DNA of 64,000 nt from a virus (taxonomy: Duplodnaviria > Caudoviricetes): the IMG/VR virus record IMGVR_UViG_3300044723_007907, positions 1-64,000 of that record. One strand, written 5' to 3'. A model generated the notes under the pieces. The model was not told the origin of the DNA. It worked only from the letters and a program-made list of their open reading frames with translations, and searched no databases. Made by a program: the position numbers and the translations under genes. Below, piece by piece: positions 56,822 to 64,000 of the stretch (position 1 is the stretch's first letter; each line of letters opens with the position of its first letter).

Positions 56822-57046
56822 TCAAGCGTTAAATCTGTTGATGATATGCCCGGTTGGTAATTTTATTATGTATCCCATCGCCATGTTGTTGTTTTTTGTG
56901 ACGATCGTGCAACTGTCTCCTCCCACAATCGGACCGTTCACTAACTCTCCAGGTACATTGAATCTGTTGACAAACGCACCAGTTTGCATGTCTATAATAA
57001 CAAACATTCCAGGACCATCCGGGCGTACTGAGTATGATTTATTCAT
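56822..57046 (-). CDS. Hypothetical protein
   Basis: 74-aa ORF overlapping the upstream gene. Confidence 0.55.
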   Translation of the reverse strand: MNKSYSVRPDGPGMFVIIDMQTGAFVNRFNVPGELVNGPIVGGDSCTIVTKNNNMAMGYIIKLPTGHIINRFNA

Positions 57047-57404
57047 TTTTTAAAATTTTATTTATAAATTGCTTAACTTTAGGATCTGTAACTATATTTA
57101 ATGATCTGCTTGTGTTAACAATATTATTTATGCGCCTCACGCGTGTAGATTTTTCATCTTGCATCATCTGATCGATAATTGATTGATCAACTGGTGAGTC
57201 GATAGTCGCAGACAATAATTCTCTCACTTTATCAACTGATGTGCCTTGCTTGAGTAGATTTTTTGCTTCTCTGCAGATGTAAGTGTCATGTAATTTTTGC
57301 TCATCACCCGCCTTTTTTACTTTACGAGCATAATATTCTTTCGTGGCGATTAACTGACGACCAGTCACAATACATTTAAGTTTATTATTTTTAGTAGAAC
57401 TCAT
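57039..57404 (-). CDS. Hypothetical protein
   Basis: 121-aa ORF with KCIVTG...YICREAK. Confidence 0.6.
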   Translation of the reverse strand: MSSTKNNKLKCIVTGRQLIATKEYYARKVKKAGDEQKLHDTYICREAKNLLKQGTSVDKVRELLSATIDSPVDQSIIDQMMQDEKSTRVRRINNIVNTSRSLNIVTDPKVKQFINKILKNE

Positions 57405-57479
57405 ACTATATATAATAGTAACATAACACTAAGAATTCCATTGGAAAATAGATATGACAATATAAATAATTGAGTATAC

Positions 57480-60400
57480 ATGGCCACAACAACAACAATT
57501 ACTAAATTTCTGTTCCGTCGCGGGAATGACTCTGATCGAAAGCAAACAATATTAGCTAGTGGAGAGCCTGGTCTCACACTAGACACCAAACGATTGTGGA
57601 TTGGTGATGGAGTCACACCTGGTGGTATACCCGCATTAAGCGCTCGTGAGTATCACTTACATTACATAGACAATGTACCTGGAGTAGGCACCGGTCGGCA
57701 ATGGACCGAAACAGACAGCGATAATTCCGGTGCGGCTCAGTCGCTGGATATCAACATTCCCAATTTAGCAAACACACTAGCCGGTAGAGATCGTACTGCA
57801 CCAATTGGACATGAAAATCTACGTTGGTTCCACCCGGTGGTAGGTAACATCGAGACGACATACGATTTAAGATTCAAATCTGAAGATGCTGAGATCGTGC
57901 ATGAAGGTAGTGGAGCTCTCAACATCTATACATCCAATAATGATCCAGCAACAACCAATGCGATCAACATTGGTGGCAAAATTTTAGTGCGTCCGGATGG
58001 TATCACATTCAAGGGCCCAGTGGATATATCCGGATCAGACCTCGCATTCACAGGTGTGGACAAGACACATTTTTCGGATAAGACAATTGATATAAATGTG
58101 CGTTACCATGACCCGGACACCAAAAATGAACCACTGTCTGGTGGTGATGGAGAAGACGCCGGTCAGGCTGGATTTTACATATCACACATGAATTATCTCA
58201 GCGCTGGTTACATACGTGTTGGGGATGATAATGGTGATCACAGCACATTTGAATTTGCACCACCAATGTATTATACCAACTGGGAAAGCCGGCAGAACCG
58301 GGAGATGTGGGAGAACAAAACATACGACAATTACATAATTAGACCCACTGGTCGGACACCAGGCTCAGGCAAGAGTACATTCACACAAAATTTCGCCGGT
58401 CAGGACAGTGTGTTTTTCGACAATCCAATACCAGTTTCAAAACCTCTTGTGTTTCATTCGTACAGACCTCAAGACGGTGAATTGGATTTTAGAGGCCGCT
58501 CTTACAAGGGCAATGCTCACTTCGTGTTCGAGGCTGGGTTGATGGTGTATGACAGTGGCGATGCTGACATTGGTGCATACAACGCTTATAAAATCAATCA
58601 GAGTTTAGACACAAGATCCGCTCCAACATTCACTGGTATCAAAATTCGAAAAGAAAACGGCGATCCTGGTGCACCAATGGAAGTGGATAGTGGTGGTACT
58701 GGAGTCAATGATTTCACAACTGGTAGTGTGTTGTACACTGTGTTGAATCATGATGATGGATCAACAGATCAACCATTGCAAAGCATGCCATTGACGCAGG
58801 GATCCATCATGGTGGGTACAAACACCAAAGGTGTAGTTTCAAGCAAGCTCAACAGCAGTCAATGGATAACATTTGATTACACAGATGGTACAGGATCAAC
58901 CGGCGGTCAGAGTGATGGTGTGATAAAGATAAACAACACGTTTGCCCCTGACTTCTTGCAGGGAGATCTTGAGACTCGCGAGAAGTGGTTTGCTAGATTT
59001 GGTACATGGGCATGTGACACAGGATCCATAATACCTGTTGGTACAAGCAGCACCGATCCTCGTGAGATCGTGGAGCTGCGAGGAGATTACTCACAAGCGT
59101 TTGGTGGTACCATACGTACAGTGAAGATTGACAGTGGTGTTGACAACAAAGGAATTCAATTCGAGCACAACAATTTGGCCAGTGAAGCATGGAAGAGTGG
59201 CAGTGGAGAGTTTGTGTTGCCATTCCAACGTGGTACCGGCATGTACAACATGGGAGCTCAAACACTGTTTGCTCGCGGCACAGTGAGCAATGACAAATAT
59301 TTTGATGAGTTGATGCCGGTGACAGATGTGGATGACGACGATCGCACACCTGCAACATACAGAAACACTGGGTTGGTTATTGGTGGTATCACATTGAACC
59401 AAGGCGGTCACGTGATGGGTATCAGATCAAAAAATCTTGACCATCGATATCCTCAATTGTTCAATCTAGGAACCGGTGGATATTTTGGTGATGATCAGTC
59501 ACCATCAGATCTGTCTGAAGCGGTTCATAGTCCATCTGGCAGCAGCAACACAGAGAATAGTTACTTACCGGTTGGCAAACGTACATCTGATTATGGCAAG
59601 AACACACGTGTGATGACCGGAATCAGTTTCGGTGATTATGGTACAGTGTCAGGATACAAACATCACAACTTGCATGATATATTTTATGACAAATCCCAGG
59701 TGAGCAGCATGGTCGACACTGTCGACAGCCGATTGGATGCCATCGATCAAGACCTGTCCAATCTGGGAGAGAGTTCGTTCTTGAGAAATGTGAACAGCTA
59801 CTCTGCCACAAAAATAACAACTGGTTGGTACAGTGGTAGTGAGATACATTTCAGTGATGTTGCTTATAGTTCAGGTCAAAGACACAACAAGATTTACGCA
59901 AGTGCAGACGACTGGCACTTCAAACCACATGTGAACAGCAGCATATCAACATATGTTGGGCCAAACAGACACTGGGAGGTTAGAAAACTCACCGGACAAG
60001 ATTCAGACAGCAGTGATAGTAATGATGCATCAATGTTGATGACTAAAATATACAACACTGGTACCAACAGCGTGTTGCAAGATTGGTGGTTTGATGATAA
60101 AGTGCGCATGAGATATCAAAATGGTGCATTGTATTTCAAAAACACATCCGGTACAGACAGAACCACAATCAGTACAGAATCAGTCACCACACAAACAATG
60201 ACATGTGAAACAGGAGACGTGAATGGTAATTTGTACTTAGGAGAGAATGGTGGAGGAGATTCCAACATATATTTCTATGATGATAACAGCAATGGTTGGA
60301 GAACATTTCAATGGGATGATAGCTTCAATGACTGGCGTGTGGAAGACAATGGAGGAACCATGAGGACATTGCTTCACACTGGTAACATCGCTAACAACAT

Positions 60401-61088
60401 CAATGGTTTGAAAGCTGGTGACAGCGCGAAATTGAACGGGCAACCGGCCAGTTACTACGCCACCGCCACACACAATCATACATACAATGTTAATGATAGT
60501 TGGTTGAGAGAGAATGGTGATAACAATTACTTTAAAATTTATGGTAACACCAGGCAAGTGGTGATGCGCACGGATGGTACCACACAATACAGCAACAATG
60601 GTGCTTATCCATTTGTGTGGCTGTACAATGGTGATGATGCTAGCAAACGGTTGATGATTTTAAACACCAGCGGGCAAATATGGGGCAAGGCATACGGATG
60701 GCTACATGATTATTTTTTACCAATGTCTGGTGGTACTATAACTGGTAACCTGACTGTCGAAGGAACTATATATGGTGAGGGCGATGTCATAGCATACCAC
60801 TCGTCAGATGCTAAATTCAAGGACAATCTGAAGCCTATTGAAAATGCACTAGAGAAGACTTTGAGCTTGACCGGATATGAATTTGACTGGAATAACAAGC
60901 AAGATGTACACCAAGGTCATGATGTGGGTGTAGTTGCACAAGAGGTTGAACAAGTGTTGCCGGAGATTGTTGAAACACGCAGTGATGACAGTAAAGCAGT
61001 TAGATATGAAAAAATAATACCACTGTTGATACAGAGTATTAAAGAATTGACTGAACAAGTTGAACATTTAAAATCACAAATTAAATAA
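57480..61088 (+). CDS. Second tail fibre/adhesin with C-terminal peptidase S74 chaperone, 1202 aa
   Basis: N-terminal FRRGND...LASGEPGLTLDTKRLWIGDG fibre-type motif. C-terminal SSDAKFKDNL...GYEFDW...VGVVAQEVEQVLPEIV...VRYEKIIPLLIQSIKEL. TATAAATA at 57461-57468. Confidence 0.88.
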   Translation: MATTTTITKFLFRRGNDSDRKQTILASGEPGLTLDTKRLWIGDGVTPGGIPALSAREYHLHYIDNVPGVGTGRQWTETDSDNSGAAQSLDINIPNLANTLAGRDRTAPIGHENLRWFHPVVGNIETTYDLRFKSEDAEIVHEGSGALNIYTSNNDPATTNAINIGGKILVRPDGITFKGPVDISGSDLAFTGVDKTHFSDKTIDINVRYHDPDTKNEPLSGGDGEDAGQAGFYISHMNYLSAGYIRVGDDNGDHSTFEFAPPMYYTNWESRQNREMWENKTYDNYIIRPTGRTPGSGKSTFTQNFAGQDSVFFDNPIPVSKPLVFHSYRPQDGELDFRGRSYKGNAHFVFEAGLMVYDSGDADIGAYNAYKINQSLDTRSAPTFTGIKIRKENGDPGAPMEVDSGGTGVNDFTTGSVLYTVLNHDDGSTDQPLQSMPLTQGSIMVGTNTKGVVSSKLNSSQWITFDYTDGTGSTGGQSDGVIKINNTFAPDFLQGDLETREKWFARFGTWACDTGSIIPVGTSSTDPREIVELRGDYSQAFGGTIRTVKIDSGVDNKGIQFEHNNLASEAWKSGSGEFVLPFQRGTGMYNMGAQTLFARGTVSNDKYFDELMPVTDVDDDDRTPATYRNTGLVIGGITLNQGGHVMGIRSKNLDHRYPQLFNLGTGGYFGDDQSPSDLSEAVHSPSGSSNTENSYLPVGKRTSDYGKNTRVMTGISFGDYGTVSGYKHHNLHDIFYDKSQVSSMVDTVDSRLDAIDQDLSNLGESSFLRNVNSYSATKITTGWYSGSEIHFSDVAYSSGQRHNKIYASADDWHFKPHVNSSISTYVGPNRHWEVRKLTGQDSDSSDSNDASMLMTKIYNTGTNSVLQDWWFDDKVRMRYQNGALYFKNTSGTDRTTISTESVTTQTMTCETGDVNGNLYLGENGGGDSNIYFYDDNSNGWRTFQWDDSFNDWRVEDNGGTMRTLLHTGNIANNINGLKAGDSAKLNGQPASYYATATHNHTYNVNDSWLRENGDNNYFKIYGNTRQVVMRTDGTTQYSNNGAYPFVWLYNGDDASKRLMILNTSGQIWGKAYGWLHDYFLPMSGGTITGNLTVEGTIYGEGDVIAYHSSDAKFKDNLKPIENALEKTLSLTGYEFDWNNKQDVHQGHDVGVVAQEVEQVLPEIVETRSDDSKAVRYEKIIPLLIQSIKELTEQVEHLKSQIK

Positions 61089-61092
61089 TATT

Positions 61093-62163
61093 ATGGCCTG
61101 GAAATGGAATCCAATTAAAATAAGCAACTCCATTCGGATGTCTGATTTCGCGGTGATGCGTAGAATGAAAAACCCGAACGATTGGTATGCAACCCGACCC
61201 AACATGAGTCTAAACGAGATGAGAACCTGGTTTAGAAAATATGGTGCACCATTTATAAACAATAGTAATCCAGGTGCAGCACCTGGACAAGTCAAGTTCT
61301 CAGACTTTGATAAAATGGCTTTAACTGGTGTTTCAGTATATGCCACAGCAGAGACTTACAATAAAGGATATAGCGAGATGGATGATGCATGTATACGTGT
61401 GTTACCACATGGTTTGATGTGGCAAGACGATAGCAGAGGCACACCAAAAGCTACAAGTGGTGTTGATGTGTCGATAGAGGGTGGTGGTCACACACACTCG
61501 GCCCGGAAGTCTACTGGCAGCACTGGTGGTACTAAGGTCAGAGTATACACAACAACCCCAGGCAATGGAGTAATTGTATCCAGTGGTAAAATTTCTGGGA
61601 AGAACTTATATCCAAGCTTCGGTCACAACAGTGTGAGTGCCACAACGGCATACTATGGTTCCGGTAGTTATCCTCCATTGCAACACGAGCAGTGGGAAGG
61701 TACACCATTGGGCAACGGCACTCGATACAAAATAAGAGTGACAGATATTCTTACTGGTTCATGTGTTGGTTTAGACTTTGCACCAGGTAGGTCATATTTT
61801 TACTCGAGCGCCAATTCATCACGTGCATATTGTGTGATACGTGGAGGTTACGACCATTTAGGACAAGGAGATGGACAAACGACACAAGGTTCGCCAAGCA
61901 ACACTAACAATAGACCCACGTTGCATCTGAGATTCCGGGATACTCAAACTAGTGGAAGTTACGACAACTGGTATCCTACCAAAAATTCGAGTAATGAGCC
62001 TGTGAATTATTGGAGTGCATGGTATCATTTCTGGAACGGTCCAAGTGACCCGGAGATGGATCGCTACATTACCGAAACATCAGATGCAACCAACGGTTAT
62101 AAAGTATCATATGGATATTCCGGAGTGCTGACTGGACCAATAGGAGAGAATCCGAACAGATAA
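61093..62163 (+). CDS. Tail-fibre-associated protein
   Basis: N-terminal SIRMSDF...MSLNEMR...GQVKFSDF resembles proteins encoded directly after S74 fibres. Late promoter at 61082-61087. Confidence 0.5.
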   Translation: MAWKWNPIKISNSIRMSDFAVMRRMKNPNDWYATRPNMSLNEMRTWFRKYGAPFINNSNPGAAPGQVKFSDFDKMALTGVSVYATAETYNKGYSEMDDACIRVLPHGLMWQDDSRGTPKATSGVDVSIEGGGHTHSARKSTGSTGGTKVRVYTTTPGNGVIVSSGKISGKNLYPSFGHNSVSATTAYYGSGSYPPLQHEQWEGTPLGNGTRYKIRVTDILTGSCVGLDFAPGRSYFYSSANSSRAYCVIRGGYDHLGQGDGQTTQGSPSNTNNRPTLHLRFRDTQTSGSYDNWYPTKNSSNEPVNYWSAWYHFWNGPSDPEMDRYITETSDATNGYKVSYGYSGVLTGPIGENPNR

Positions 62164-63197
62164 TGAATCAACAATATATAGAGCTATTAAAGGAACTTGT
62201 CATTGGGCGTGTTCAAATTTCACGAGTGATTCTCGAGACCGAAGATAGTGGCTATCAGACGGTGCATGAATATTTCACCATGTGTCCAGATTTGGTTCCA
62301 CAGGAGTACCATACGATCATCGATGATCAAGTGATGGATGAAAACACAAAAACAATCAAAGCGTATGATTGCGTGCGCAAGCAAATAACAGAAATAGAAT
62401 TGGAATGGATAGTTAAGTCCACACTGTATGGTCATGATCAAGTCAAAGAGGATGAATGTGGTAGTTGCTGTGATGAGATCAAAGAGATGAATCAAGCTGA
62501 GACAGAAATTATTTGTGAAGGATTGTGTTGTGAGGTGGATGAACTTGAGTGTTGTTGTGATGAATCTATCGACCGGGCATGCTGTTGCGAGGAGTTGCAC
62601 CGGCATGGTTTGACAGGTGTAGCGGCGCAAAAATTATTTAAATTCAAAGTTGATACTCAATGTATATTGTCTGCACTTGATCACAAATGTGAAGATGAGT
62701 TGACTGAAGAGCAGATGGATTGCGCGCGTCATTGTTATATGGATCTGATAAGAGAACACCGGGAACAATCATTCGCGGAACTAGATCAATTAGAAGAGGA
62801 ATCAAAACAAGCTGGAGCAACTGCAGAAGATTTAGAGGATATAAACACCATCAAGCAGATGTTCAGAGACATACCACAGGATTCAGATTTAACTCAGTAT
62901 AAAACATTGAATGAATTGCTAGAATTCTGGCCTAGTTTAATGTTACCAAAACCCAAGAAAGTTTTAGCAAACAACAACATTGAATTTCCTCATGATATAA
63001 ACGATGTTGAGTATGAACAGTTGGCTGTAAATCGAGAGCAACACATGCAGAAGATGAGAGAGCAGCAATTGAATGAGATGATAAGATGTTGCTCCAAACA
63101 AGATTTACATGACTTGTATATCGAGATCAAGGACGATGACAGTATAGATGACAGTTTAAAGCTCATTGTTCAAAATACATTAGTGCAAACTGATTAA
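62163..63197 (+). CDS. Cys-rich protein with tail-assembly-chaperone-like C-terminal part
   Basis: 12 Cys in 44 aa centrally. IREHRE...KQMFRDIPQ...LNELLEFWP resembles phage tail assembly chaperones. Confidence 0.5.
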   Translation: MNQQYIELLKELVIGRVQISRVILETEDSGYQTVHEYFTMCPDLVPQEYHTIIDDQVMDENTKTIKAYDCVRKQITEIELEWIVKSTLYGHDQVKEDECGSCCDEIKEMNQAETEIICEGLCCEVDELECCCDESIDRACCCEELHRHGLTGVAAQKLFKFKVDTQCILSALDHKCEDELTEEQMDCARHCYMDLIREHREQSFAELDQLEEESKQAGATAEDLEDINTIKQMFRDIPQDSDLTQYKTLNELLEFWPSLMLPKPKKVLANNNIEFPHDINDVEYEQLAVNREQHMQKMREQQLNEMIRCCSKQDLHDLYIEIKDDDSIDDSLKLIVQNTLVQTD

Positions 63198-63218
63198 TTG
63201 TAGTGTATAATATACACA

Positions 63219-64000
63219 GTGAATAGCTGTAATAAATATAGTAACGTATTACTGAATAGGGATTATGAGACACCTAGATGCAACAGAGCTCGATTAGATA
63301 CCGGTACATTTTGTAATTATAATTGTGAGTTTTGTTACTATCAAGGACTTCTCGACATAAGGACTAATTTTGAAGAAATCAAAAACCGGATTGACGTGTT
63401 ACACGGGTATGGTATAGATGAAGTTGATTTGAGTGGTGGAGAGAGCAGCATACATAAAAACTGGTTTGAAATATTAACTTATTGTAATGACAGATTTAAA
63501 CATATAAGCACACTATCAAACGGTTGGGCGTTTGCTCGTGAAGAGTTTTTGACCAAGAGCAAACAAAATGGACTTAAGGAAATATTATTCAGTGTACATG
63601 GTTATGACGAAGAGAGTCACGATTTGATCGTAGGCAGAAAAGGTGCATGGAACAAAATTATAAAGGCTATACACAACGCACACGCACATGATATAGTTGT
63701 TAGAATCAATTGTACTGTTTATCAAAAAAATATTGACGGTCTCTTGACCTACCATGAAACTCTTAAAAAACTAAACCCTATTGAAGTTAATTTTTTAACT
63801 CTCAATTATTGGACAAACAACTCAAACGCAACTCCTATAAATTATAAACGAGCGACAGATAATATTAAGAGCTGTATAGATAAAATTAAAGATCATATAA
63901 AATATATAAATGTACGCTACACACCGTTTTGCTATATGGTGGGATATGAATCACATGTATGTAATCATTATCAACATATCTATGATAGATATGACTGGAA
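63219..64000 (+). CDS. Radical SAM protein, 3'-truncated (not in ORF track)
   Basis: GTG at 63219 after GTGCAA-17 nt-TATAAT. Reads MNSCNKYS...LDTGTFCNYNCEFCYY (CxxxCxxC), LSGGES, LSNG, FSVHG. Open to the window end. Confidence 0.9.
   Translation, partial: MNSCNKYSNVLLNRDYETPRCNRARLDTGTFCNYNCEFCYYQGLLDIRTNFEEIKNRIDVLHGYGIDEVDLSGGESSIHKNWFEILTYCNDRFKHISTLSNGWAFAREEFLTKSKQNGLKEILFSVHGYDEESHDLIVGRKGAWNKIIKAIHNAHAHDIVVRINCTVYQKNIDGLLTYHETLKKLNPIEVNFLTLNYWTNNSNATPINYKRATDNIKSCIDKIKDHIKYINVRYTPFCYMVGYESHVCNHYQHIYDRYDW

Noticed and set aside
63266-63298. ATG at 63266 as the radical SAM start
   Set aside because: That frame stops after 10 codons. The CxxxCxxC frame starts at GTG 63219.
1-64000. CRISPR arrays, tRNA genes, IS elements, introns, stop-codon recoding
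   Set aside because: No regularly spaced repeats. The only T-arm/CCA match is the tmRNA. No transposase or homing-endonuclease motifs. Conserved genes read through intact in code 11.

Overview
This 64-kb window (AT-rich, densely coding, standard genetic code) is part of a large T4-like myophage genome with rearranged gene order. It is not host chromosome. Positions 1-42 kb are mostly virion genes: large terminase (truncated at the left edge), gp3, sheath gp18, tube gp19, gp54/gp26/gp48/gp53/gp27/gp25/gp6-like baseplate genes, tape measure protein, two very large wedge-like proteins, portal gp20, an S74-chaperone tail fibre and a gp5-like spike. A small island there carries dUTPase, clamp loader and a probable small terminase. 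Positions 42-57 kb are accessory. They hold a Tat-signal DUF1501 protein, a complete tmRNA with an unusually long tag (about 35 aa), UvsE, RmlB, several proteins with capsid-targeting-like N-termini, membrane and lysis-like genes, a TorF-type porin, and a ribonucleotide reductase whose beta subunit lacks the radical tyrosine (class Ic-like, Ile at that position). Positions 57-64 kb carry a second S74 fibre, a Cys-rich chaperone-like protein and a radical SAM gene truncated at the right edge. Other notable patterns: a free-standing Hint (intein-like) gene after the tape measure gene, nATAAATA late promoters and sigma70 promoters so close to start codons that many mRNAs should be leaderless, and several late promoters sitting in hairpin loops. 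DUF1501 and the Chlamydia-like RNR suggest a PVC-superphylum host (inference). All family assignments are from motif recognition by eye. No database searches were run.
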